A stretch of 64,000 nt of DNA from Eledone cirrhosa. Lineage: Eukaryota. The position numbers and the translations under genes are program-made. Below the pieces are notes generated by a model, which was not told the origin of the DNA, ran no database searches, and saw nothing but the letters and a program-made list of their open reading frames with translations. Within the stretch, counting starts at the first letter, position 1, and each line of letters starts with the position of its first letter. The stretch spans positions 300,824,001-300,888,000 of the forward strand of contig OZ024742.1 in the NCBI GenBank assembly GCA_964016885.1. The letters are read 5' to 3'. This document shows, piece by piece, positions 13,005 through 25,410 of this stretch.

Positions 13005-13537
13005 CAACCCTTTAGAATTTAAATTACTCTATATATACTATTTTATATTTGTGCTGAAGCATATAGACAATATGCCCCCACACCCTCCCACTGCAAAGTG
13101 GTCGTGGAGGTGCCACAGCAAAAGAGCACCCAGCCTACACTGTAAAGTGGATGTGTACGCGCCACGGAAAAAAAGCACCCAGCACTCACTGTAAATGAGG
13201 TTGGTGTTAGGAAGGGCATCCAGCTGTTGAAATCAAGCCAGAATCAGTTCCCGTATGAGCAAGACATGATCAGCCGACTGGCTACTGCCCACAACAGGAC
13301 AACCCGTCTAACCCATGCTAGCTTGGAAGAACAGACGTAAAACAGTGGTGATGATGATGATGATAAAGGCTTTATCTTATATAATTATCTCACATAATAT
13401 TGAATCTACGAGATTTTGATGTTATTTATTTTGAGAACAATACCTTAACATCAGTATGAGCGGCCAAGTTATGGCTGGTTTGAACAGAGAGGGGTGAGAG
13501 AATTAGGAAGACTTGTTTGCTACTTCTAACAGGTTAA
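13005..13537. mobile_element. MITE with piggyBac-like TTAA ends, interrupted by an RTE-related SINE (~13085-13365)
   Basis: The flanking parts are colinear with the uninterrupted copy at 31892-32120. Confidence 0.6.
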
Positions 13538-14080
13538 GTAACTATGTAGCAGCTAATTTCATTGTTATTGGGTGTGTGTGATTGTTGTTGTTGTTGTGGT
13601 GGTGATGGCAGTGTGTGTGTGTGTATGGTCTGTGCGTGGTGGTGGTGGTGGTATGTATGCATGCGCGTGTGTGCGTGGTGATATGTGTGTGTGTTTGGAG
13701 TGTGTGGTGGCGTGTGTGTGGTGGTGGTGGTGGTGGTGGTGTGTGTGTGTGTGACAGTTGTTGTGACACTAGTTGAGTGGTTGAAGGAAGTGAGCAGCTG
13801 AAGTTAGCGATAAGCATGTTTCATTTAACCTACTAAAATCTATCTGGATGCAGTAAGTACTGCCACAAGATTTTAAAAATTCCTATGTTGCCCTCCTCCT
13901 CCTCTTCAAGAAAGGCAACAAATCAATCAGTGATAACTATAGGGTATCACAATCATATCAGCAAGTAGCAAGATACTATCTTGAATTATCCCAACATGAC
14001 TCATCAAACTATATGGGAATAATCTCATGCATTGTTCTCAATGAAAGAGTCCATCATATATATGTATTTATATATATATG

Positions 14081-14141
<61 letters not shown>

Positions 14142-14211
14142 TAAAATAACAGATTAAAGTTTAAGCAAGGAATACTGTTGGCTTTTTGCTACAATATTTT
14201 CTATACCTTTC

Positions 14212-14256
<45 letters not shown>

Positions 14257-14353
14257 TGACTCTTTCATCGAGAACAATGAATGAGTTTATTCCCATATAT
14301 ATATATATATATATAATATATAAGATCAAAAGATGGTTAAAAGAGTTCCATGT

Positions 14354-14422
14354 ATTTTATTATGCGCATTTCAAAAACAAATATCATCATGCAATAACAT
14401 TTGTGTTTTCATCAGATAAAAT
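14354..14422 (-). ncRNA. Hammerhead ribozyme in the 3' region (pLTR) of the Penelope-like element
   Basis: AUUUUAU CUGAUGA AAACA...UGUUUUU GAAAU GCGC AUA AUAAAAU: 7-bp stem I, intact core, palindromic GCGC loop III, same strand as the upstream PLE ORF. Confidence 0.8.
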
Positions 14423-14774
14423 AGGAAGACATGATATGAAGGTTAAAAAACATTTGTGGATAGTTCAGTTTTAAATCAACATATGAGAAGTAGTTTTAGA
14501 TTGATGTGTGATATTGGAAAAAAAAAATGGGGGGGGGGTGAAAAAGAGGAGGAGATGAGAGTAAAAAGTGGAGGGGGAGGAGTATAATGAGGAAGGATGA
14601 GATAGGAGGAAAGATTGGTGATAGAGAGAGAGAGATAGCTTTTATAACTGAGAAAAATATATTGTTTTACATAGAGAGGTTGAAAAACCGTTGGAAGATA
14701 ACCGTTGTATAAATTAAAAGAATTTGAAAATTAACGAAGAGAAAAATAATGTAAAGTTAAGGTTTGTATATTGA

Positions 14775-14942
14775 AGGGTTTAATAATATGTGCGATGAAA
14801 AGAAATTGTTAATATGTATTAAGAATAATATTTAAGGGTTTAATAATATGTGCGATGGAAAGAAAATGTTAATATGTATTAAGAATAATATTTAAGGATT
14901 TAATAATATGTGCGATTGAAAGAAAATGTTGATATGTATTAT
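14775..14942. repeat. Three tandem copies of an ~59-bp unit in the PLE 3' region
   Basis: aaggg.ttaataatatgtgcgat..aaagaaa.tgtt.atatgtatt repeated three times. Confidence 0.85.
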
Positions 14943-15386
14943 TAAAAATAGCAAAGGTAATATAAGTAAGGATATATTGTGAAAAAAGTAGAAGATAGGA
15001 TGAAATAGATGAGCATGAAAGTGAGAAAAAAATAATGAATTGAGGATGAATAATCTAACATCAAAAAAATGTTTATGTTTACGAAGGATTTTTTCAAGGT
15101 GATATAAAGTAAGAATATATTGTATTGTGTAATAATTGTGTCTATGTTAGGCACAGTGAGAAAAAGGTACAGATTAGGAGTTAGAAATTAAAAGAAAAAG
15201 AAAAGAAAAGGAAACGGAAGAAAGGGAAGTGATAAATAGGAGTGATATAGAATGAGTAACAAGTATTATATAATGTATAATAAATAACTTTGAAATAAGG
15301 TAGAAAGATGGGTATATTTTTAAAGAAGTATATATATATATATGTGCCTTTGAGAAAAGGATTCTAAATTGATAAAGTATTGGATA

Positions 15387-17090
15387 TTAGCTGTATACTT
15401 TATGGAATGTTCTGTGGAATTTATGCAAGCAGAGAGAAAACAAGTCAGTGCGTCTATTTATTATAGAATCTAAATTAGATATAATGGTAAATTTTTCATT
15501 TAGACAGAGATTGCAAGTCTTAGATAGAGAACTGTTCAAGTATAGAGAAGCAGAAGAAACCTTTTTCCAAGAGATGTTATATTTAATATTTCTGTCTTTC
15601 AAGGACCATATGAGTTCTGAGAGAGCCGTGTTGGTTCTTTTAAGTTGGTATTTAAAAGACGAATGATGATTATAAAGACGAGCTTTAAAGGAGGTGGAAG
15701 TGGAGCCAAAATAGGTGAAGGAATTGGTGTCAGTTATAACTTTACATTCGTAGATTAAGTTTTTATCAAGACAATGGTTGTTGAGAGGACATTTATTTTT
15801 AACAGGGCAATTGCAATTGCGATTAGAGAGATTATTAACGAGTGACCTAGTGTTATCTATAGAAGGAATTGGATTGGAGAAGTTATTTGCGATAGGAATA
15901 ATGGTTTCTTGATTTAGAATGGGATTAAGAACATTTAGCGAAGTTGTGTTTGACGTTGTATTTGGGTTTGCAGAAATTAGCCTAGAGTTTACAATGACGT
16001 CGGGAGTACTATTACTATTATTATGATATTCAGTGTTGGAAGGAAGAGATTTAGTATTTAGTATTTTATTGTTGTGTTTAGAGATAATGTTGGAAATGTT
16101 GGAGGATGTCGAATAGGAAAATTTTATAGTGTGTTTGTTAAATATTTTACTATAGATATGTGAGGGAGGGAAGCATTTATTTAAGGCACTAAAGAATAAT
16201 TTAGGAATATTATTATTAATAGAGATGGAGAAAGGAGCATTATACCAGATTATGTTTTTGTATCTAGGTCTTTTATTAAAGTTATTGGAATGATCATGAT
16301 TAATTATTCTACTGTAAGATCTTCTAGAATTAGTTTCTTTACTATATTTGATTTTATCAGGATAGCCGGCTTTAGAAAGCGCGTTATTATAGTAACTGGC
16401 GTTAGCATCAAAGATGTTTTTATTAGAAGATAGGTTAGATATTCTTTTTCCAATATTACTAACTATAGCATTCTTAATATTAGTAGAGTGGTTAGATTTA
16501 AAATTAACATAATTTAGGTTCTCATTGTTTTTATGGTAAGGGTAATATAGGCCAGTGTCAAGATTAAGAGATACATCCAAGAAATTAGCTAGTTTGATGC
16601 TGTTATCAAATTCAATTTTTAAGTTATGTTGGTTAAAGAGATTACGTATATTGTTCTTAATTATATTAAGGTTAACTATGTTGCAATTTAAGATAGTAAA
16701 GAGTCCATCGTCACGATAAATTCCACCGCGAAGTTGAGGAATTTTCCGACTCAAAGAGTTCAAAATAAAGATACCAATTAAATCTGTCAATTGGGATGAA
16801 TCGGATGCTCCCATTGTGATGTCGAAGTTGTTAGAGGTATCGGCTCTGATCCAATATTCATTGTTGAACTCTAGGATGGTTTTACGTGCGGTGAGAATGA
16901 TGTGAAGTTCATCTGTGGTGATGTCAGAATATTTAAATGCGAAAGATAGAGCATTGTTGAGAAGTGAAGGCGAAATAGAAGAATAGTAGCTGGCAATATT
17001 AAATTGAACAAATTTTAGTTTGTTTTTATTATTCAATTTGTTGAACCAGCCAATCACTTCAGAAGTACCAAACCATAAATTTAAGTTCAA
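15387..17090 (-). pseudogene. Penelope-like RT-GIY-YIG endonuclease ORF, N-terminally truncated
   Basis: FDITMGA, GIYRDDG, NFLDVSLNL; CNCPVKNKCPL..CL, LIYECKV..YFGST..FKARLYNH, CNLCLNEK. RT motif A reads QFNI rather than QFDI, so this copy is probably inactive. Confidence 0.88.
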
Positions 17091-17114
17091 AGAAGAGCAA
17101 TAAAACTCACCTCC

Positions 17115-17169
<55 letters not shown>

Positions 17170-17359
17170 CTGGCTCGGCGGGCAGGCCGGTACTCATTTC
17201 TACAGCTGAGTAAACTGGAGCACCGTGAAATAAAGTGTCTTGCTCAAGGAAACAACACATCACCCGGTCCGAGAATTGAACTCACAATTGAACTCACAAC
17301 CTTTCGATTGCAAGCCCAATGGTCTAACCACTAAGCCACGTGCCTTCACACACACACAC

Positions 17360-17912
<553 letters not shown>

Positions 17913-17914
17913 CA

Positions 17915-18619
17915 TCATTTTGCGCTACACAGTGATACAGAAGACCCGACCCGCCTTACCTAAGTACAACGCGAAACCTACAGTCAGTAGGCACCTCTAA
18001 CAAAATACACCCCCGTCTCACTACCCCCACACCATCCACACCACCTCCTTAAATGTGAAGTTATGTTGGTACCACAACCATCCAGTCCGAAACAAATGAG
18101 GTCGTGTAGGTGTCATGACAAAAAAACACACAGTCCACGCTGTAATGTGGCCGTGTAGGTAACACGGTAAAAACCTCCCAGTCCACACTGTAAACGTGGT
18201 TGGTGTTGGGAAGGGCACCCAACCGTAGAAAACCCGCCAGATGTATAGGTGTCACGACAAAAAAACACACAGTCCACGCTGTAATGTGGCCGTGTAGGTA
18301 ACACGGTAAAAACCTCCCAGTCCACACTGTAAACGTGGCTGGTGTTGGGAAGGGCACCCAACCGTAGAAAACCCGCCAGATGTATAGGTGTCACGACAAA
18401 AAAACACACAGTCCACGCTGTAATGTGGCCGTGTAGGTAACACGGTAAAAACCTCCCAGTCCACACTGTAAATGTGGTTGGTGTTAGGAAGGGCATCCAG
18501 CCGTAGAAAACACGCCAGACAGTCCTATACGAGCAGGACAACAAATCTTGCCTCAAGTGGGAAAACTCCCGTCCAAACCCATGCAAGCGTGGAAGATGGA
18601 TGTTAAACGATGATGATGA

Positions 18620-18622
<3 letters not shown>
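17915..18622 (+). mobile_element. 3' end of a second RTE family with an internal ~131-bp unit triplicated; inverse of 36390-36985
   Basis: Homologous to 36390-36800 in reverse complement; (GAT)n tail; the unit gtcacgacaaaaaaacacacagtccacgctg...cccgccagatgtatag recurs with ~131-nt spacing. Confidence 0.75.
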
Positions 18623-18682
<60 letters not shown>

Positions 18683-18790
18683 CATATATATATACTACAA
18701 CTCATATATATCATCATCATCATCATGAGCGTTTTACATCCGTTCTTCCATGCTAGCATGGGTTAGACGGGTTGTCCTGTTGTGGGCAGT

Positions 18791-21700
18791 ATCATCATCA
18801 TCATCATCATTTTACGTCCGCTTTTCCCTGCTTGCAAGAGTGGGACGGGTCTTATTCAGCACAGCATCTCTCCACTCGTCACGGTTCCTCGTCATCTCCA
18901 CCGTGAGCTTCAATGATCTGAGGTCTGTTCTCACCACCTCCGCCCATGTTTTTCGTGGTCTACCTCTACCACGTCTTCCTTCAACTGGCATTTCCTGGCA
19001 CTTCTTCACCCATCGGTCATCCTCCATGCGCATCACATGTCCATACCTCCTCAGTCTCCTCTCCCGTACACTACATTCTATCCCTCTCAGACACAGTTTC
19101 TCTCTCAACACATTTATGCTGGGTCGTTCACGCACATTTACACTGCACATCCAACGGAGCATGCTTGCCTCATTTCTCTCCAGCCGTCGCATATCCTCTG
19201 CGGTTGCTGCCCATGTCTCACTACCATGCAGCATCGTGCTCCTCACACAGGCATCATACAACCGGCCTTTCGTACGCAGGGAGAAACCCTTCTTCGTCAA
19301 CAGAGGAAGCAGCTCCCTAAACTTCTTCCAACCCGTCCTTATTCTAGATACTATGGCCTCGGAACACCCTCCTCCCATGCTAATCTGATCTCCTAGGTAC
19401 CGGAAGCTATCCACCACTTCTATAGCGCCCTCTCGCATTTGAAAAATGTGTCTATCAGTGCGACTTCTACTGTCTAATTTCCCTGTACATCTACTGCATA
19501 CATATTTCTCCCTACCTGTTAGTTTGCCTGCTATCCCGCTACATCTCTTGTGTACCCAGGACCTGCATTGTGTGCATTTTATAGAATTTATGCCAGTTCC
19601 TTTTCTGCATATCGAACATGGCCATTTCCCTGACGGAATCAGGGTTTTGTCCTCTTTTCTACTCATCAACACTTTTGTCTTAGCTAGATTTACTCTCAGT
19701 CCTCTTGCTTCCAACTGCTGTTTCAATAGCCGGAATTTATTCTCTAGCTCCTCTACTGATTCTGCTATAAGAGCCAGATCGTCAGCATAGAGAAGTTCCC
19801 ATGGACAGCCAGTCTTAAACTCCTCTGTTATGGCTTGGAGGACTATAATGAACAAGAGCGGGCTGAGGACCGAACCCTGATGTACTCCTACTTGTATCTG
19901 GAATTCCTCACTAAACTCCATTCCTACCCTGACTTTACTGAGAGTACCTCTGTACAAAGTTTGCACTGTCCTCACAAGCCATTCCTCAACACCTAGCTTC
20001 CTTAGGGACCACCAGATGACAGATCGGGGTACCCTATCAAAGGCCTTCTCTAGGTCAACAAAGGCTAAGTATAGTGGCTTATTCTTCTCTAAGAACCTCT
20101 CTTGCATTTGTCTCACCAAGAAGAGGGCATCTGTTGTACTCTTCCCAGGCACAAAACCAAACTGCATCTCATCTAGTTTGACCCTTTCTCTAATTAGTTG
20201 TGCTAAAATCCTTTCTGCCACTTTCATAACCTGATCTATCAGTTTTATACCCCTATAATTGCTCCTCTCCAAAGCATCCCCTTTACCTTTGTAGCAATTT
20301 ATGAGAATACTGCTGCACCAGTCTTTGGGTATGACACCACCATATATAGCCTGATTGATGATGCGTGCAACCAGTTTAGTGCCTACGTCCCCTGATGCCT
20401 TCAGCATCTCAGCAACTATTCCCGATGGTCCGGCCGCCTTACCATTTTTCATTTCCCTAATCGCCTCTTGGACCCTATATTCGTCAATCTCAATAGCTGG
20501 TCCCTCTGTCGGATCTACCAAGGGTAATTTCTCTCTCTCCCATTCGCTCTCCACATTCATCAGTCTCTCATAATGACATTTCCAGGCCTCCTTTTTCTGG
20601 TCATTCGTGACACTAAGTACACCGGTATCATCCCGGACACATTTATCTCCAACAACATCCTGATTTGCATTGACACACTGCCTTACAATGTGGAACACCG
20701 CACGCCTCTGATCTTCCCGTCGCAGAACATTGGCAAACCTCCTACTCTCTGCCTCCCTGCGTGCTAAGTACACCTGACGTCTAGCTTCTCTCTTAGTGGC
20801 TGTATATTCTTCCCTACTCCCACCCTTTTTCCAAGCCTTCCATGCTAGTCTTTTGTCTCTAATAGCCTTATCTACTGTGCTATTCCACCACCAGGTCACT
20901 CTCTGTCTGGTTGGAGCTCTGCTCCAGCCACAGGTTTCATCAGTAGCCTGCAGCAAGTTGTCACGTAAGAACTTCCAGTTATTATCTATGTCATACGTCT
21001 CTAAATCGTCTTCTTTTTCGTCATATACATCTTGAAGGGCTTTCCTAAATTTGTATTTTAGTGAAAAGTCTTTTAGCTTCCAGACCTTTCTTCTCCACAC
21101 CTTCCTATATGTCTCATTCCATCTCTTGCTTACTGAGATATCACTAACAACTAACCTATGCTGTGGGGTACATTCTTCCGCAGGGTATGCCTTGGTATTA
21201 GACACTATCTGCCTGTCCCGCTGCCTAACTAGCAGGAAGTCAATCTGGCTTATGCGCTCACCAGATTTGTAGGTTATTAGGTGATTGGCAGGTTTCTGGA
21301 AGTTTGTGTTGCAAATAGTCAATGTACTCGCATCACAAAATTCAAGAAGTCTCACTCCTTCTTCATTTCTTGAACCGTAACCGTGCCCACCATGTACCCC
21401 AGTGTAACCATCCTGGAGCTGTCCAACATGACCATTGAAGTCTCCTGCTAGCATAACGATGTCTCCGTCCTCTGTCATTGTGGTTGTTTGCAAAAGTTGC
21501 TCATAAAAGCAGTCTTTCTCATCTTTGCCTAGGCCTGCTTGGGGAGCATAGACCGAGATGATTGTCAGTAGTCTCCTACCTACAACTAATCTAAGCTTAA
21601 TTATTCGATTACTAACTCGAACTACCTCTATTGTCTTATTGATCCATTTCTCAGCCAGGAAAATGCCTACTCCCCCTAACCTATCATCCTTACCTACCCA

Positions 21701-21990
21701 GAATAGCTTATAGCTAAGACGCTTGCCTACGACTAGTCTCGCAGAGGCACCTCTCCATCTCACCTCTTGCACGCAGCACACATCCACCTGCCTTCTCTCC
21801 AGCATCTCCGCTATTTCAGCAGATCTACCTCTGAGAGTGCCAACATTAAGTGTTGCAACTCTGAGATGCGACGTCTTCATATTTTGTTGTTGTTCCTATG
21901 CTGTTTTGTTGCTGTGCTGATAAGCGTTTTGGCATTGATACACTGGTTGGATGCCCTTCCTAACACCAGCGCCACTTTACAGCATGGTCA
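18791..21990 (-). mobile_element. Near-full-length RTE-clade LINE
   Basis: Single ORF plus short 5' UTR; (GAT)n tail immediately after the stop codon. Confidence 0.92.
18812..21880 (-). CDS. RTE LINE ORF: apurinic-like endonuclease plus reverse transcriptase (1022 aa)
   Basis: APE motifs (ATLNVGTL, CVQEVRW, VYAPQ, GDFNGHVG, QIDF, HRLVV) and RT motifs (NYRGIKL, QFGF, FVDLEKAFDRV, GVHQGSVLSPLLF, LYADD, FRYLG); no stops. Confidence 0.93.
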   Translation of the reverse strand: MKTSHLRVATLNVGTLRGRSAEIAEMLERRQVDVCCVQEVRWRGASARLVVGKRLSYKLFWVGKDDRLGGVGIFLAEKWINKTIEVVRVSNRIIKLRLVVGRRLLTIISVYAPQAGLGKDEKDCFYEQLLQTTTMTEDGDIVMLAGDFNGHVGQLQDGYTGVHGGHGYGSRNEEGVRLLEFCDASTLTICNTNFQKPANHLITYKSGERISQIDFLLVRQRDRQIVSNTKAYPAEECTPQHRLVVSDISVSKRWNETYRKVWRRKVWKLKDFSLKYKFRKALQDVYDEKEDDLETYDIDNNWKFLRDNLLQATDETCGWSRAPTRQRVTWWWNSTVDKAIRDKRLAWKAWKKGGSREEYTATKREARRQVYLARREAESRRFANVLRREDQRRAVFHIVRQCVNANQDVVGDKCVRDDTGVLSVTNDQKKEAWKCHYERLMNVESEWEREKLPLVDPTEGPAIEIDEYRVQEAIREMKNGKAAGPSGIVAEMLKASGDVGTKLVARIINQAIYGGVIPKDWCSSILINCYKGKGDALERSNYRGIKLIDQVMKVAERILAQLIRERVKLDEMQFGFVPGKSTTDALFLVRQMQERFLEKNKPLYLAFVDLEKAFDRVPRSVIWWSLRKLGVEEWLVRTVQTLYRGTLSKVRVGMEFSEEFQIQVGVHQGSVLSPLLFIIVLQAITEEFKTGCPWELLYADDLALIAESVEELENKFRLLKQQLEARGLRVNLAKTKVLMSRKEDKTLIPSGKWPCSICRKGTGINSIKCTQCRSWVHKRCSGIAGKLTGREKYVCSRCTGKLDSRSRTDRHIFQMREGAIEVVDSFRYLGDQISMGGGCSEAIVSRIRTGWKKFRELLPLLTKKGFSLRTKGRLYDACVRSTMLHGSETWAATAEDMRRLERNEASMLRWMCSVNVRERPSINVLREKLCLRGIECSVRERRLRRYGHVMRMEDDRWVKKCQEMPVEGRRGRGRPRKTWAEVVRTDLRSLKLTVEMTRNRDEWRDAVLNKTRPTLASREKRT

Positions 21991-22897
21991 TTAAAAAAAA
22001 AAAAAAAAAAAAAAAACTTATTGACACGACGCACACACAAACACTCACACACCAATACTCATGCATACAAACCACAACCACACATACCAACACTCATTCA
22101 TGCATACAATCACACACACCACTCACAAACACATATATATACATATATTACCGACAGTACTGATACAAAATCAAAATCGTCAAAGTCAAAATCACTATCA
22201 TGTCAACTGTTGACCTTTCCCAGTCCAGTTCAGCTTGTATATAATAATAATAACAATAATAATTGTTTGCTTTACGCTGGTAATGGCGGTGGTGGATGGT
22301 GTCAGTGTGGTGGTGGTGAATGGTATCAGCGTGGTGGTGGTGGATGGTCAGTGATGGTGGTGGCAGTTGTTGGTGCTGTAGTTGTTATTGTAGTTGTTGT
22401 CGTTGTTGCTGTTGTTGTTGTTCTTCATTTCACTGCTGCTGTTGCTGCAGACAATGGTGTTGATGCTGTTATTGCTGTTGCATATATACAAATACATACA
22501 TACACACACATTCAACACAGACGATGGTGTTGTTGTTGTTGTTGTTGCTGGTGTTGTTGTTGTAGTTGTTGCTGTGTTGAAATCTGGTCGTATCCACTGA
22601 GATATACCTATACACACACATACACATATGCATACACACATACATACATCAAAAGAGAGTCACCAGTATGTCAACAGGGGACAGGACAGCGACCTTAGAG
22701 TAATGTGGTGATGGTGGGGAGCAAGTGTAGGCGTTATTGTTATTGTGGTGACGAGGGGTCAGTGAGATGTACAAGTTCATAGATCACTTTTCTCTTTTCC
22801 TCTCTCTTCAAAATTTTGAATTTATGGCCTTTTGCAATGGCGGACAAGTATATATAATATATATATATGAAGCAAAGAAAAGAAAATTTTCACTGAT

Positions 22898-23188
22898 ATG
22901 AAAGATTTCCTGGTAGAAGTTCAGGTGTATTCAGTAATTGGTATCCAGTTTCGGGGTATCCAATTAGAAAATCCAACGAATCTTTAAGAGGGGTCCACGC
23001 AACCATTGATATATATATGTATATATGTAAAATGCAAGCAGAAATAACAACGAAAGATTTCCTGGTAGAAGTTCAGGTGTATTCAGTGTTGGTATCCAGT
23101 TTCGGGGTATCCAATTAGAAAATCCAACGAATTTTTGAGAGAGGTCCACGCAAGCATATATATAGATAGATATATGTATATATGTAAA
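22898..23188. repeat. Tandem duplication of an ~150-bp unit inside a TA-flanked element
   Basis: gaaagatttcctggtagaagttcaggtgtattcagt...gtccacgcaa occurs at ~22900 and ~23052. Confidence 0.85.
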
Positions 23189-23435
23189 ATGTAAGCAGAA
23201 ATAACAACACATACTAATGAACATACATTAAACACAGAGGGACTGTAAATGATAATAGCAATATCTAGATATAAATATATAAATGTACATATCTCTATTG
23301 GTTTCATACATTTTCTCTTTCCTCTTGTGTGTGTGTAGCAACACGTGGTTGTGTGTTGCTGCTGACTCGAGCAGAGCCCGAGAAAACACGTCTTGCCCTA
23401 ACAGCCGCTGCTCCCTATCTCTCTCTCTCTATATA

Positions 23436-23503
<68 letters not shown>

Positions 23504-24298
23504 GGCGCATGACAATCGAAAGGTTGTGAGTTCAATTCTCGGACTGGGTGATGTGTTGTTTCCTTGAGCAAGACACTTTATTTCACATTGCTCCAGTTTA
23601 CTCAGCTGTAGAAATGAGTACCAGCCTGCCCGCCGAGCCAGTGGGATAGCGTTATCTTATGGCTAAAACAGCACGACGTGCTGTGACCAGCGGCGCCGAT
23701 TGGCGCCCGACAGACTGGTCGGTCAAGGTGATATATATATATTTATATATATATATATATTTATATATATACACATATAAATGTAATCTAAGTTTCTTTA
23801 ATATTAATAATATTCGATTTGTTTGCAATTATGTAAACAGCCTCTTTAAACCCCGTCATTCTTGCTGTTGTGTTGGCATGTAAACAGAAATGCAGACACT
23901 AATGTTTCTGGGTATCACCCTTCATTAGTACACTGTACTGCTTACCTGCCAACTGTCAGAGCTAGTGCATATTAGCAGACTGCCTGATCAGCCAGATTTG
24001 CATATAGATATATGATTTGGCATTAGGAAGGGCATCCAGCTGCAGAAACACCCCTATGAGACACGGTCACCCGACCCAACTTGCCTCTAAATAGGACCCG
24101 TCTAACCCATCCAAGTGTGGAAGATAGACGTTAATCGATGATGCTGATGATGATGGTATATATATATATCTTTCTCTTTATATATATATTTATATATATA
24201 TATATATATGAATGAAGTAATTCTGTCGGAAAGGTCCAGGAAAAAAGAGTGCTCTATGTAGGTTACAGAGCTTATTATTTATGTAATGTAATAGGATT

Positions 24299-24381
24299 TT
24301 TTCATTCTGACGACTGAAAGCAGATTTATTTGCGACTGAAAGCAGATTTATTTGCTTTCAAGAAACCACTGGTAAATGAAA
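24299..24381 (+). ncRNA. Hammerhead ribozyme in a short (TA)n-flanked element (~24210-24408)
   Basis: UUUCAUU CUGACGA C UGAAAGCAGAU..AUUUGCUUUCA A GAAAC CACUG GUA AAUGAAA; 7-bp stem I; stem II carries a ~22-nt internal duplication. Confidence 0.8.
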
Positions 24382-24568
24382 TAATCATCTTATGTTGTTT
24401 ATTACATACATATATATATATATATAATATAAAGAGAAAGAGACAGAGAGAGAGTTAGTTCCACCACAAATTAGCAGACCATACTCAAGGACGCACATTT
24501 CACTCAACGGATTTTCAACTCAAGTGAGGTTGTGCTGAGAACGGAAGTGTATTATGAGCTTACTTGAT

Positions 24569-24604
<36 letters not shown>

Positions 24605-24605
<1 letters not shown>

Positions 24606-25115
24606 TAGGTATAGGATTATCCTGGATGCAGTAATGGTTAATTACTACACTGGATAGAGTTGACGTATGGTGAGAGATTACTCAACGAGTTATGGAAGAA
24701 TTGTTGAAGAAACTTAGTTCCTGATCCTTCTGTATTTCGGAGTGTAGATAAAGAATGAATAATAACAGGTAGACATCATAAAAAGATAATTTATTCTGTG
24801 TGCTTACAAATGTTTCCACGGTGGTTATACAGCCTAGTTATGTTATGTGCAAATTTATAACTATTTGCAAAACTTAATTATCAAATGCTGTGACCACTGT
24901 ATCATCAGAGCAGAATGGTTAAAATGTACAATTTTACATTTTAACCATTCTGCTCTGATGATACAGTGGTCACAGCATTTGATAATTGAGTTTTGCAAAT
25001 AGTTATAAATTTGCACATAACATAACTAGGCTGTATAACCACCATGGAAACATTTGTAAGCACACAGAATAAATTACCTTTTTATGATGTCTACCTGTTA
25101 TTATTCATTCTTTAT
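24605..25115. mobile_element. Palindromic pLTR-like element (arms ~24750-24928 and 24936-25114) with a hammerhead on each strand
   Basis: Near-perfect ~180-bp inverted arms. Plus strand 24951-25062 reads UGCU CUGAUGA...GAAAC AUUU GUA AGCA; the mirror copy lies at 24801-24912 on the minus strand; (TA)n flanks. Confidence 0.82.
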
Positions 25116-25216
25116 ATATATATATTTATATATAGGGAGATATAAAATGCCAACCATGGCACCAAGCGGTCTCAGCTTGTGTGTTCAGCAACCCTTTTCA
25201 AAGATGTAACACTGCA

Positions 25217-25297
<81 letters not shown>

Positions 25298-25328
25298 TCT
25301 CTTTCTCTCCCTCTCTCGCTATGTCTAT

Positions 25329-25410
<82 letters not shown>

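Larger units (their letters stand above)
14320..17117 (-). mobile_element. 5'-truncated Penelope-like element (Naiad-like) flanked by (TA)n
   Basis: ORF encodes RT plus a C-terminal GIY-YIG; long AT-rich 3' region with a hammerhead; (TA)n on both sides. Confidence 0.9.

Noticed and set aside
22898-23188. Hammerhead in the duplicated unit (minus-strand CCGAAACUGGAUACCA)
   Set aside because: No CUGANGA box or NUH and stem I pairing could be found.
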